A DNA stretch of 64,000 nt from Alphaproteobacteria bacterium (GCA_964291215.2 OZ219791.1:1344001-1408000); one strand, 5' to 3'; positions 21,843 through 32,845 are shown, counted from the stretch's first letter. Notes: generated by a model from the sequence alone, not told the origin. Made by a program: numbers and translations.

Positions 21843-23441
21843 ATGACCGGTTGGAGATTTTCACCCCTCACCCGGCGGATCCTTATCGTCAATGTCGTGC
21901 CGCTTGCCGTCCTAGCAGCCGGGATCCTCTATCTTGCCGACTACCGGGAACGGCTGATCGATGCCGAACTGCTTGCGCTCGGGACCCAGGCGGAGATATT
22001 TGCCGGAGCCATCGCCGAAGGCGCGGTCGAGGTGAGGGGCGACGGCACGCGCTCGGCAATCGAATCGGAGCCGTCGCTGCCTTTACTGCGCCGGCTGGTT
22101 GCGCCGACCCGGACCCGCGCCCGCGTATACGGCCCTGACCGCAGACTCCTTGCCGACAGCCGGTTTCTTGGCGATCCCAGGACCGAGGTGAAGGTCGACG
22201 CGCTACCGCCCGAAGACATCGGCGATTTGCCACGCAAATGGCTTTCCGACGCCTATGAGGTCGTCACGGTCCTCCTGCTCGACCGCCGTCGGGGTCCGCC
22301 GTTCCCGGAGGCGGCGCTCGACCGCCTGGACGCACTTCCCGCGATGGCCGCGGCGCTCGACGGCGAACGGCGCTCCGCAGTATGGTCGTTGCCGAACGGC
22401 GGCCTCCGGTTCGGGGTCGCGGTGCCGATCCAGAGGTTCAAGCGGGTGTTGGGGGTCATGTTCGTGACTTCTGACGCCCAGTCGGTCGCCGCCGCGGTCC
22501 GCTACGTACGCGTTACCATTCTTCAGGTGTTCGGCGCCGTCCTCGCCGTCACGATCCTCGTTTCCCTCTACCTTGCGCGCACCATCACCCGACCGGTGCG
22601 GCGTCTTGCCGCTGCCGCCGACAGCGTCGACAGCGGCCGTGGACAGGCTCCGGAGATACCCGATCTCGAACGCCGCCGCGACGAGATCGGCGATCTCTCC
22701 AAAGCCCTGCGCCGGATGACCGAAACGCTGTGGCAGAGGATGACGGCGAACGAGCGGTTCGCGGCGGACATGGCCCATGAAATCAGAAATCCGCTTACTT
22801 CGCTCAGAAGTGCTGTCGAGACCGTGTCGCGCGTCAGCGACGACGCGCAGCGTGCGGAACTCACCGCGATAATCGAGGATGACGTGCGTCGCCTCGATCG
22901 GCTGATCACCGACATCTCGGATGTCTCTCGACTCGATGTCGAGCTGGCGCGAAGCCGCATGAGACGTGTGGATCTTGGCCGCCTGCTGCCGATGCTGGCC
23001 GACGCACACGAGAGTGCGGACGGGAACGGGCCGGCGCCGCGTGTGCGGTGCACGGACGCGAATGTGGGCGGCTGCATGGTGATGGGGATCGAGAGTCGCC
23101 TGATGCAGGTCTTCGACAATCTGATCCTGAACGCGCGGTCGTTCACGCCGTCGCGGGGGAGCATCACGCTTTCGGTCAGGTGCGACGGGGATCATGTGGT
23201 GGCCGAGGTCGAGGATGACGGCGCCGGCATACCGCCGGAGAGTCTGGATTCGGTTTTCGAACGCTTCTATTCGGACCGTCCGCCGCGTGACGGGGGCCGG
23301 CGCCATTCCGGGCTCGGCCTGAGCATCTCGCGCCAGATTGCCGAAGCGCATGGTGGTACAATCCATGCTGAGAATCGCCTTTCCGATGATGGCAGAATTC
23401 TCGGTGCGCGCTTCGTCGTGCGTCTTCCGGCGGTCGCCTGA
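21843..23441 (+). CDS. chvG: Sensor histidine kinase ChvG
   Basis: SPLTRRIL, HAMP domain, AHEIRNPLTSLRSAVE, HSGLGLSIS. Confidence 0.92.
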   Translation: MTGWRFSPLTRRILIVNVVPLAVLAAGILYLADYRERLIDAELLALGTQAEIFAGAIAEGAVEVRGDGTRSAIESEPSLPLLRRLVAPTRTRARVYGPDRRLLADSRFLGDPRTEVKVDALPPEDIGDLPRKWLSDAYEVVTVLLLDRRRGPPFPEAALDRLDALPAMAAALDGERRSAVWSLPNGGLRFGVAVPIQRFKRVLGVMFVTSDAQSVAAAVRYVRVTILQVFGAVLAVTILVSLYLARTITRPVRRLAAAADSVDSGRGQAPEIPDLERRRDEIGDLSKALRRMTETLWQRMTANERFAADMAHEIRNPLTSLRSAVETVSRVSDDAQRAELTAIIEDDVRRLDRLITDISDVSRLDVELARSRMRRVDLGRLLPMLADAHESADGNGPAPRVRCTDANVGGCMVMGIESRLMQVFDNLILNARSFTPSRGSITLSVRCDGDHVVAEVEDDGAGIPPESLDSVFERFYSDRPPRDGGRRHSGLGLSISRQIAEAHGGTIHAENRLSDDGRILGARFVVRLPAVA

Positions 23442-23508
23442 GGGGGATGCGGACGGCGCCGGACTGCGACAAGTGATCGGAAAGCGCCCGGAGCGAACAG
23501 GTGAGAAG

Positions 23509-24423
23509 GTGAGCAGCAGCGCTCCCGCCCGACAGCAGTCTCGCGGCCACCGGCTGGAACGGCGACCCCTGCTCGTCATTACCGGCATGTCCGGCGCCGG
23601 TCGGTTCACGGCCATGAGGGCATTCGAGGACCTGGGCTACGAAGCGGTCGACAACCTGCCGCTGTCGCTGCTGCGTGATCTCGTGCAGCCCTCGCTGAAG
23701 AAACCGGCCCGGCCGCTTGCGGTCGGCGTCGATGTGCGGGCGCGCGACTTCGGGGTGAAGCAGCTGTTGGGAGAGATTGATCTTCTGGCTGGCCGCGGAG
23801 ATCTGGCCATGGAGATGTTGTTCTTCGATTGTGACACCGAGACGCTTCGCCGGCGCTTTACGGAGACTCGGCGTCGTCACCCGTTCACCCGGGGCCGGTC
23901 GATTACCGACAGCATAGAGCGTGAGCGTGAGGTCCTGGTTCCGGTTCGCGATCGGGCCGACCGGATGATCGACACCGCCGGAATGGCGCCGGCAGACCTA
24001 AAGCGCCTGCTCGACGCGGATTATGGCCTTGACCGCGTTGCCGGTCTTGAGGTGTTCGTCACGTCGTTCGCTTATCGCGACGGCCTGCCGCGCGAAGCCG
24101 ACTTGGTGTTTGACGTCAGGTTTCTGCGCAATCCCTACTATGACGACGAACTCAGACCGCTTAATGGCCTTGATGCGCGCGTCGGCGCGTTCATCGAGCA
24201 GGATCCCGAATATGCAGCCTTCATGACCAATCTGAGGGCGCTTATCGAACCCTTGATTCCGCGCTTCCGCGTCGAGGGCAAAAGTTATTTGACGATTGCC
24301 TTGGGCTGCACCGGGGGATGCCATCGCTCGGTGTTCGTGAGCGAGCAATTGTGCAGCTGGCTTGCAGGCAAGGACATCCGGTGCACGATTTCGCACCGCG
24401 ACATTCGCCAACACGACGACTAG
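23509..24423 (+). CDS. rapZ: RNase adapter RapZ
   Basis: TGMSGAG..EDLGYEAVDNLP, ETRRRHP, DVRFLRNP, GCTGG.HRSV. Start uncertain. Confidence 0.9.
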   Translation: MSSSAPARQQSRGHRLERRPLLVITGMSGAGRFTAMRAFEDLGYEAVDNLPLSLLRDLVQPSLKKPARPLAVGVDVRARDFGVKQLLGEIDLLAGRGDLAMEMLFFDCDTETLRRRFTETRRRHPFTRGRSITDSIEREREVLVPVRDRADRMIDTAGMAPADLKRLLDADYGLDRVAGLEVFVTSFAYRDGLPREADLVFDVRFLRNPYYDDELRPLNGLDARVGAFIEQDPEYAAFMTNLRALIEPLIPRFRVEGKSYLTIALGCTGGCHRSVFVSEQLCSWLAGKDIRCTISHRDIRQHDD

Positions 24424-24845
24424 CCTGAAGTTCCAGATGATTTCAGCGGTAGAACCACACCAAGCGGTTGATCTTGCTGATAAAATGGCGTAGAGACGGC
24501 ACCTATTTATTTCCATGTACCGGTGATGTTTCTATTGACAACAGTGGTTGTGAACTCCATATGCGTTGCCATGTACGTAGACATCGCCCCCAACGCAACT
24601 CGCCCCCAACGCAACTCGCCCCCAACGCAACTCGCCCCCGCCGCCAATCTCTCCTCCTAGCCAATGGAGAGGATCGAAACTCTGCGGTCCTTCCAAGTCA
24701 CCACGCGGCCCACACTGCTCCAGAAAAAGGCCTTGGACCACCTCGGCGTGCGCTTCCAGCGTTCCCAGTAGCGACACACCCAATTCTCTCAAACACCAAT
24801 ACATTCATAACGATACGCCTGATCGGTGCTGGAACTTCGGACTAG
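24420..24845 (+). mobile_element. Internally deleted IS1634-like mini-element
   Basis: Inverted ends ctagcctgaagttccag / ctggaacttcggactag. Contains transposase-like N-terminus MYVDIAPN.. and C-terminus FQVTTRPTLLQKKALDHLGV. Confidence 0.7.
24584..24639 (+). repeat. 16-bp tandem repeat x3.5 (tcgcccccaacgcaac)
   Basis: Direct inspection. Confidence 0.95.
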
Positions 24846-24911
24846 ACTCGATCCCTGAGCGTCTTCACGCAAATTGCTGATGCCTTTCTCACGCAATTTG
24901 ATGGATATTTG

Positions 24912-25648
24912 GTAACTGCTCACCCCCTGGTTCCGGCTTGATGTCGGGGTAGAGCAACGAACGGGTTTTCGTGGAGATTTGACACTGCATGCCGATTCGC
25001 TTAGTGGTGGTAATCGAGAACGACGGGGCCCGCCAGTGGGCTACTTTGGATCGAAGGCGACGAGCGGGCTGTGCCAGCTGCTTCCGGGGCTCCAGCCCCC
25101 GCATGATCTGTATGTGGAAACGCATCTCGGAAGCGGCGCGCTGATGAAGCGCAAGGCCGGGTGATGGCGACGGGCGGCGCGCGAGGAGTTCGAAGCGGCC
25201 AAGACCGCGGCGCTGCGTGCGGCCGGCAAGGTGGCGGAAGAGGCCGTGATCCGCGTCCTCGTCATCCTGCTCGACATCATCATCGTCGTCCTTCTGGAGA
25301 AGACCACGCACGAGCCGGAACTCCGGTCTGCCGCCGTCACAGACGGACGAGAGCGTGCCGGGAGCAACGGCCCGAAGCCGAACCGGCAGATGGGCGACAA
25401 CCTGCGCAAGATCATCGTCGAGGAGACGGTCGCGGCCTGCGACGCCTGCGGCGCCGACATCGACGGCCCCGTCGATCGGGAGCGCCGCACGACATCGTGT
25501 TCGAGGTCGTCGAGCGCCGCGCCGAGATCAAGGAATGCCCGAAGTGCAAGGCCCGGGGCCGATTTCCCGACAACATCCCGTGCAGTACGGCATCGGCATC
25601 CAGGCCCTCGTTATCAACCTGCTGGTCGCCCAGATGCTGTCCCTGCGC
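24912..25648 (+). mobile_element. Degenerate IS66-family element, copy 2 (3' part lost at the IS256 junction)
   Basis: Same left TIR and sequence as copies 1 and 3. Confidence 0.9.
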
Positions 25649-28431
25649 GATTACGCAACCTGATGTCTGGAAATTGTCGTGAAGCTGTCAGTCATCGAGC
25701 TGTTCCCATTTGATCTTGGTTTCGGTTTCCCATTTTTCGTCGATGAGGACCGCGGTTGAGAGGCGCTCCAACGAGGCGAGGTTTGGAAAGACCCTGACTT
25801 TGGAGGTGCGCCGCTTGAGCTCTTGCTGGATCGGTCGCTCGATGCCGTTTGAGGTTCGCATACGCTTGTGGTGAGCATCGGGCAAGGTGAAGACAGCGAG
25901 CCCCGCATTGTTTTCCAGCCAGGAAGCCTGGATGCTTGTCGCGATAGCTGGCCACGAGGGTGCCCAGTTCAGCCTCGGCGGTTTGGAGTAAGGACGCATG
26001 GCTCTGAGCTGTTTTCCAATACGTTTCCTGATGTCGTTGTTCGGTGCACGGCGTTTTGTGCCAGGTGGAATTGGCAGCGCTGCCATGTCGCCGCGCCCAG
26101 CACCGCGCGTCGTGCTGCTTTCAGCCCGGCATCCGAGACGATGAAGGTCGTACCATGCAGGGCTAGCAAGCTTTCCAGGAAGGCTCTCCAATGGACCTCG
26201 GCCTCGGAGAGCGCCACAGAGAGCCCCAGAACGTGCCTGCAGCCCCTATTCCGATGGCCGAGAGCACTGCAACATCGCGCACAACGCCGTCATGGCGGGC
26301 TTTTTCGTAGCGCGCATCCAGGATCAGGTATTTCATCAGGGGCCGGTTGCGCGGCGAGTTCTTCATCGAGCAACCTGGTGGCCCGGCTGACCTGAGAAGA
26401 GGACAGGCTCCCGAACTCGCGCATTACATCTTGCCGAGTGGAAACACCCTTGATGTACAATCTCGGCTACGGCCACGGCGCGAGAAGATCGCTGGCCGCG
26501 TTCAAGCGACTGGGGATAGAACGGGTCGTCCCCGTGACCGGCCGTCTTTGGTACCTGAACGGTAACAGTGGGGGTGTCGATCCGTTTGTAGCCGTTGGCA
26601 TAGCCCTGTCGTTCCGGTGTCCGGTGGCCCGCTTTCAAGTGCTGCTCGCGCTCGATTTGCATCGCAAGCTCGAAGAGCTGACCAAAGACCCGCCCCAGAT
26701 CCGTTGCTCCGTTTGCGATCAGATGTTCCAAAACGGCCTCAATCGTCGTAGTGTGTCGCAGGTCCATTCGCTTCCTCCATGGTAACTGCTCACCCCCTGG
26801 TTCCGGCTTGATGTCGGGGTAGAGTAACGAACGGGTTTACGTGGAGATTTGACACTGCAGGCAGATTCGTTTAGTGGTGGTAATCGAGAACGACGGGGAC
26901 CACCAGGCTACTTTGGATCGAAGGCGACGAGCGGGCTGTGCCAGCTGCTTCCGGGGCTCCAGCCCCCGCATGATCTGTATGTGGAAACGCATCTCGGAAG
27001 CGGCGCGCTGATGAAGCGCAAGGCCGGGTGATGGCGACGGGCGGCGCGCGAGGAGTTCGAAGCGGCCAAGACCCGGATCGCGGCGCTGCGTGCGGCCGGC
27101 AAGGTGGCGGAAGAGGCCGTGATCCGCGTCTTCGTCATCCTGCTCGACATCCTCATCGTCGTCCTTCTGGAGAAGACCACGCACGAGCCGGAACTCCGGT
27201 CTGCCGCCGTCACAGACGGACAAGGACGAGAGCGTGCCGGGAGCAACGGCCCGAAGCCGAACCGGCAGATGGGCGACAACCTGCGCAAGATCATCGTCGA
27301 GGAAACGGTCGTGGCCTGCGACGCCTGCGGCGCTGTGACATCGACGGCCCCGTCGATCGGGAGCGCCGCACGACATCGTGTTCGAGGTCGTCGAGCGCCG
27401 CGCCGAGGAATGCCCGAAGTGCAAGGCCCGGTTCCCCGACAACATCCCGTGCAGTACGGCATCCAGGCCCTCGTCATCAACCTGCTGGTCGCCCAGATTC
27501 TGTCCCTGCGCCGTGCTGTCGCGCTCGTGCAGGCGATCTCCGGCATCAAGCTCTCCGAGGCAACCTGCCTCGGCTATGCTTTCACGATGCGTCATGGGAG
27601 GAGGCCGCCGTGGCGCACCTCCTGCAACGCCCGATGTCGACGATTTCGGATCAACGGCAAGTGGCTTCATGTCGTGGGACCCTGACGTGCAAGTTCCCGC
27701 ACCGCAAGCGCGGCCGGGAGGCAAGAGATCGGCCCGTGCTACAAGGGCGTCCTGGGCCTCGTACATGGGCCAGTGTAGCCACCAGCTGTGCGGCAGCCAC
27801 CTGCTGCGCGAACTGACCTTTGTCGTCGAGGCTACCGCGCGACTGATGAAGAGCCTGCTCCGCGAGATCTGCCACAAGGTCAACAAGAGCGCATCCAAAA
27901 CCCTGAACGACGCCGGGCGCAAGCGCTACCGCACCATCAGGGCGCCAGGGAACTGCCCGACATCCCGACGAAAGGAAAACGTGGACGCAAGTCCGACGCG
28001 CACAACCTGCACGAACGTCTCGTGAAACACGAAAACCTGCGCTTCATAGACAACCCCGACGTCAGCTTCACCAACAATGCCGGAGAACAGAAGATCAGGA
28101 TGGCAAAGGTCAAGGTGTCTGGATGCTTCCGCTCCACGCAAAAGCATGGTGCCGGGGCTCAAGCTACCTCACCTCCATGGCCGCACTCGGCTACAACCCA
28201 CTCGTCGCCACCCAGATCGCCCTCGACGGAAAAGCCGCAGACATCATCAACGAGCACTACGACCAATCAGAACCCAACTAGGGGTGAGTAGATACCCTCC
28301 ATGAATGTTTACAGCTCCATGGGATAGCACGATGGCGCCGCGTTTCACTGGGGAGCTAGCCCCCCCCCCCCCAGTGAAACGCCTCAAAGCGCAAACCTCA
28401 GACAAATTTCCAGACATCAAGTTACAGTACC
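25649..28431 (-). mobile_element. Degenerate IS256-family element (transposase about 26767-25688) containing IS66 copy 3
   Basis: TIRs gattacgcaacctgatgtctggaaatt / ggtactgtaacttgatgtctggaaatt. Fragments YANGYK..VPK..PFYPQSLERG, YLILDARYEK, WQRCQFH, MRTSNGIER..ELKRRT..VFPN. Confidence 0.85.
26782..28295 (+). mobile_element. Degenerate IS66-family element, copy 3, with perfect 8-bp TSD
   Basis: Both TIRs present; cctccatg at 26774-26781 and 28296-28303. Confidence 0.92.
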
Positions 28432-28638
28432 GGTGTAAAAAAAGCCGGATCGACGGCAAGGAAGCGGAGTTAAATCGTTGGGTGGTGGAAGCGGGATAGG
28501 CTTTCGCTTTCGTCAAATTCTCAAGGGCCTATGCAGACGACGAAGCTGCCACCCGCGTGGCTCGGCGGGGTATCTTGTCTGGTCGTGCGCCCGTGCCGCC
28601 TTGGGAATGGCGACGGAATTGGAAACGCGCCTCCGCCC
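28432..28638 (+). pseudogene. Thermonuclease (SNase-like) C-terminal remnant
   Basis: LNRWVVEAG*AFAFVKFSRAYADDEAATRVARRGI..G..VPPWEWRR. Confidence 0.7.
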
Positions 28639-28640
28639 TA

Positions 28641-29499
28641 GGTTGTGTACCCAAATGTTGGCATTTTTGCACGATCTGTCATGTCTTGTAAAAAGCGATC
28701 CACAAGGAGAATGAGGGATGAGCGGCGACCGACACGACATGAGCGACGCGGAATGGGAAGTTCTCCGCTCGGTGCTTCCTGACAAGCACCAGGGCCCGGA
28801 GCGGGTGCATGACCGGAGGGTCATGAACGGGATATTTTTCGTGCTTCGCACTGGTACGCCGTGGCGCGACCTGCCGGAGCGGTACGGTCCGTACACGACC
28901 TGCTTTAACCGCTTCAACCGGTGGAGCAAGAACGGCACTTGGGCATGGAGAAGCTTCAAAGGCTTACGAGCGGTGATGACGGGAGTGACGATGGCCCGCC
29001 CGGCTCGGTTCATCTGCGCATGGTGGACTCCTCGTCGGTGCGCGTTCACAAGCCGGGGCGTCCCGGGACGACGAGCCTTCGCAGATCGGACTGAGCCGTG
29101 GCGGACGAACGACGAAGGTCCATCTTGGCGAGAACGAGAGGGTGAAGACCGTGTTCCTGACCCCGGGCCAGGCGGCCGACTGCGCGCAGGCGCTTCTCGC
29201 CGACCTCGGGCATGGCGAGACGGTGGTCGGCGACAAGGCCTACGACACCGACGCCATTCTCGACCTGATCGAGACGGCAGGAGCAACCGCGGTCATGAAA
29301 TCCAACCGGACATCGCCCCGGCCGCTCGACCGCGAGATCTACAGGATGCGCAACTTGGTCGAGCGGTTCTTCGGTAAGATCAAGGAGTTCCGACGGGTCG
29401 CCACCCGTTATGACAAGGAACTTCCTCTCCGCCGTGCAACTGGCTGCCAGCCGATTCTTGCTCCGCAGAATCGCAAACCAATTATTTGAGTCCACAGCC
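28641..29499 (+). mobile_element. Degenerate IS5-family (IS427-like) element
   Basis: TIRs ggttgtgtacccaaat / atttgagtccacagcc, TA flanks. NGIFFVLRTGTPWRDLPERYG, GDKAYD, RNLVERFF..IK.FRRVATRYDK. Confidence 0.9.
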
Positions 29500-29540
29500 T
29501 AGGTAGCCCGGCCTTCCCCATCTGGTCCAGTTTTGACGTT

Positions 29541-30075
29541 AGCGTTTGTCACTGAATAATCGAATCCATGTTGTTGGCGTTGGCGTTTTTGTCTGTCTGG
29601 TGGTTTTGGTTGAGTGCTTGCCCACGGGTCAGCCTGTTGGCTTCGGTTGGTTGGTGTTGGGGTCTTTCCGGAATGATTTGTCGGTCAGTTTGTTGCCGGT
29701 TTATTCTCCGGCGTTGGTTTGGTGCGTTTACATTCGGTGCATGGAACAGGCAGAGAGCATAAGGCACCGGTTTGCAGTCCTTTCTCCTCATCTTGACGAG
29801 AAGGGTCGTCGGTTGCTTGCGGCGGTTGAGGCGCAATGTCTTGGGCGTGGCGGAATAACGTAGGTCTCGGATCTCACCGGAGTTGCGCGTTCGACGATTG
29901 GACGGGATCTGAAGGAGCTTGACGGAGTAACGTCGCCGCCGGCACCGAATCGGGTCCGGTGTGCGGGCGACGGGCGCAAGCCGACGACGTAGCGTCAGCC
30001 GGGTTTGCTGCCGGCGCTTGAGGCGCTAGTCGTGCCGGCGATGCGGGGCGACCCGGAGCGGTCTCCGTGGACGGC
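29541..30075 (+). mobile_element. ISAzo13-family transposase remnant
   Basis: From 29741: LDEKGRRLLAA.EA..LGRGGI..GVARSTIGR..RVR..G.GRK..RGDPE, with internal stops. Confidence 0.8.
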
Positions 30076-30550
30076 TCCGCGGCCAGCAAACCCGGCCGGG
30101 TTGGGCCTGTGCAACCTCCCTCTATAAGCAGTCGGCAAGATCGAATGCCATGTGCGAAAGTCCTGCTCCTTCCGCCGCGCCAGGATTGCATGGTGGAAAA
30201 TGTTTTGTTAATTCTGCCCCGTGCCTTGATGGCGCACGTGCTAACAGATCCTGCACCGCCTGTGGCGGCCGCAAACCTCGACGCAATGCTGGCATTCGTC
30301 CGGGTGCGGTCTACGAGGCTGGTCCGCTGCGGATCTGCCCCATTTTCGGTGCGCCGAGGAATCAGCTCGCGCACATGCGCCGGCTGGCTGCAATCACGTT
30401 CCGGGTTCTGGTCGGGAATGCCTGCTGAACATGTCGCGCTCTCGCCGAAGCGGCAACCGGACTTATCACTCACGCCTGATGTCCGATCGGGTGTGATGCG
30501 CCCGGGCTCGCGGCGATCCGGGCGGTTGGCGAGATACGGACTGGATCGCG

Positions 30551-31378
30551 ATGCCTGATCTTCGCTCACGTGTTCTGAAACTGGTCGAGAACCAAATCTT
30601 CCAGAACTGCATCATGGTTCTCATCGTTGTAAACGCGGTGATGCTGGGACTTGAGACCTCGGCAACGGTCATGGCGTGGGCCGGCTTCTTCTTGACACTC
30701 TTTGATCAGATTGTCATCGCGGTGTTCTGCGTCGAGATCCTTCTTCGCCTCTATGCCCATCGTCTTGCTTTTTTCCGCGATCCGTGGAGCGTGTTCGATT
30801 TTGTGGTGGTGACGATCACGCTGATGCCGGCAAGCGAGTCACTTTCGGTGCTGCGCGCGCTCCGGATTCTGCGCGTCTTGCGCCTGGTATCCGCCGTGCC
30901 TCGGCTGCGCCGGGTAGTGACCGCGTTGCTGCGGGCGGTGCCCGGCGTGGCATCGATCAGCGCGCTGCTCCTGCTGGTCTTTTATGTCTTCGCGGTGATC
31001 GCCACCAAGTTGTTCGGCGGCGCCTTTCCGGACTGGTTCGGCACGATCGGCGAATCCATGTACAGCCTGTTCCAGGTCATGACGCTGGAGAGCTGGTCGA
31101 TGGGTATCGTGCGGCCGGTCATGGAAGTCTATCCGTGGGCTTGGGCCGTCTTTGTCACGTTCATCGTGCTTTCGAGCTTCACCGTCCTCAATCTCTTTAT
31201 AGCGATCATCATCGATTCGATGCAGAGCCTGCACGAGGAGGAGCAGGGTCGCGTGGCTGAAGAAACCGGTCATGTGGTGCGCAGGGAGTTTCGCTTGCAC
31301 GAAGATGATTATCGGGAGCTGCGCGGTGAACTTAAAGAGATCAGGAGACTGCTGCAGGAACGGGGTCGGGAACCGTAA
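30551..31378 (+). CDS. Voltage-gated sodium channel (BacNav/NaChBac-like)
   Basis: Six TM segments, S4 LRALRILRVLRL, selectivity filter TLESWSM, NLFIAII, C-terminal coiled coil. Confidence 0.9.
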   Translation: MPDLRSRVLKLVENQIFQNCIMVLIVVNAVMLGLETSATVMAWAGFFLTLFDQIVIAVFCVEILLRLYAHRLAFFRDPWSVFDFVVVTITLMPASESLSVLRALRILRVLRLVSAVPRLRRVVTALLRAVPGVASISALLLLVFYVFAVIATKLFGGAFPDWFGTIGESMYSLFQVMTLESWSMGIVRPVMEVYPWAWAVFVTFIVLSSFTVLNLFIAIIIDSMQSLHEEEQGRVAEETGHVVRREFRLHEDDYRELRGELKEIRRLLQERGREP

Positions 31379-31386
31379 TACCCGGA

Positions 31387-31409
31387 TCGGGGGCGGATAG
31401 CTGCCCCGA
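31387..31409. terminator. GC hairpin between convergent genes
   Basis: tcgggggcgg-atag-ctgccccga. Confidence 0.4.
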
Positions 31410-31461
31410 AGGACGAGTCAAATGACGGCTTGATCTTGGAGGCAGGCGCGGGCAAGGGGCT

Positions 31462-32328
31462 TTACGCCCAACCGGTAACGTCCAGCAGCGTGGTTCCCGT
31501 TACCTTCTGATAGGCTAGGTGCTCGTCCACCTTTCTCCGGAATTCGGGATTGAACCGGATTTCACGGGCGAATTCGGGACGCGCCAGCAGCGGTGCATAC
31601 CAGGCAGCGACACGGGGATGCAGCCGCTCCAGCGGATAGCCGCACCAGAGAAGCTTCATGACGTAGATGAACCAGGCGATGTCGAGAATGGTGAGGTCTT
31701 CGCCCAGCAGGTAGGAATGTCCCTCCAGCCGTTCCTCAAGCTCATCGAGAGCCGCCCTGAAGCGGTCGAGTGCGGTGCGCACCGCCTCGTCGGTGAGCCC
31801 GTTCTCGAGGACGTTTTCCCAGAACGCGGCCTGATGATCCCTTTCCGGATCATGTGCGCCCTGTACGGTGCCGCTGCCGCCCTCGCGCAGGTTCCGGACA
31901 TCTTCGGCCGTGCGCGGCACGATGCCGCGTGGCTGGGTAAACCGGAAATTAAGCGTGCGTACGTCGAGATGGAGATCGTCTTCCTGCTGCAGGAGTTGCT
32001 CGATTTGGTCTTCTAGGCCTTCGGGAATCAGTCGGTTTTCGGGAAATCGCTGGTCCAGAAGTGCAATGATGTCATTGCTTTCGATGTGCACCTCGCCGTC
32101 GAGGATGAGGGCCGGCACGAGCCCCCGTGGATTGATTCCCAGATACCACGGCTGCCATTGCTCCTTCTCGCGGAGATCGATGTGATGGGACTCCCAGGGA
32201 ATGCCCTTCAGGCTCAGGAATATCCGCGTTTTCTGCGAACAGGAGGATCCCTGGTAATGAAAGAGGTGCACACCTTTCCACTGCAACACCTCCGTGGTTC
32301 GTATGTCGACATCGTATAGCTGTACCAT
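31462..32328 (-). CDS. Glutathione S-transferase family protein
   Basis: SSCSQK.R, INPRGLVPAL, ESNDII, YLLGE.LTILDI. Confidence 0.88.
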   Translation of the reverse strand: MVQLYDVDIRTTEVLQWKGVHLFHYQGSSCSQKTRIFLSLKGIPWESHHIDLREKEQWQPWYLGINPRGLVPALILDGEVHIESNDIIALLDQRFPENRLIPEGLEDQIEQLLQQEDDLHLDVRTLNFRFTQPRGIVPRTAEDVRNLREGGSGTVQGAHDPERDHQAAFWENVLENGLTDEAVRTALDRFRAALDELEERLEGHSYLLGEDLTILDIAWFIYVMKLLWCGYPLERLHPRVAAWYAPLLARPEFAREIRFNPEFRRKVDEHLAYQKVTGTTLLDVTGWA

Positions 32329-32333
32329 CAGTG

Positions 32334-32845
32334 TTACTCCCTGACTGTCGCAGGCTGGATCGACCGGAAGCAGCGCAGTACGACATCTCTCGACGCCTTT
32401 GCCGCATCGGCGTCATAGCCTAGCTTGTACGGCATTGAGAAGTTGTGGCCGATGCAGTCATAGATCGCAATCTTGACGTTCTCATGCCCGCTCCATGCCT
32501 CGACTACCTGTTTTACCTTGTCCATCGGCACGGCCGGATCGGCGTCGCCGAAATGAAAACTGACGGGGCAGGATATTCGCGAAGTCTCGTTGAGACTCAG
32601 TCCGATGCCCGCCCCGTGATAGGCCGCCATGGTGTCGATGCCGAAACGCGCTGCCACGACATGGGCGTAACGCCCGCCGAAGCAGAAACCGAGCACGGCG
32701 ACTTTGCCTTTGCATCGCTGACGTGCCCTCAGATCGTTGATCATGTCCTTGAGATCCTTGACGCTCTGGTCGAAATCGAACGACTCCATGCTCGCTAGGT
32801 CTGCCTATTAGGCACCCCTGGGCATATCCAGTCTGCAAGGGCTTC
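32334..32845 (-). pseudogene. Dienelactone hydrolase family, 5'-truncated
   Basis: GFCFGG nucleophile motif, HFG..D, H.F; N-terminus missing next to an IS end. Confidence 0.75.

Noticed and set aside
23575-23612. RapZ Walker A with Arg (GAGRFT)
   Set aside because: Lys-to-Arg at this position occurs in other RapZ proteins; not evidence of inactivation.
24584-24639. Possible CRISPR array
   Set aside because: Contiguous 16-bp units with no spacers, inside a transposase remnant, and no cas genes.
28360-28372. Poly-C tract (also poly-G near 40038-40048) as a phase-variation switch
   Set aside because: Lies in a dead IS leader or intergenic DNA with no clear target; homopolymer length is also error-prone.
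30090-30135. Possible Na+ riboswitch upstream of the channel (ggttgggc..gcaacc)
   Set aside because: Only a short hairpin, about 430 bp from the start codon and abutting an IS remnant; the rest of the motif is not evident.
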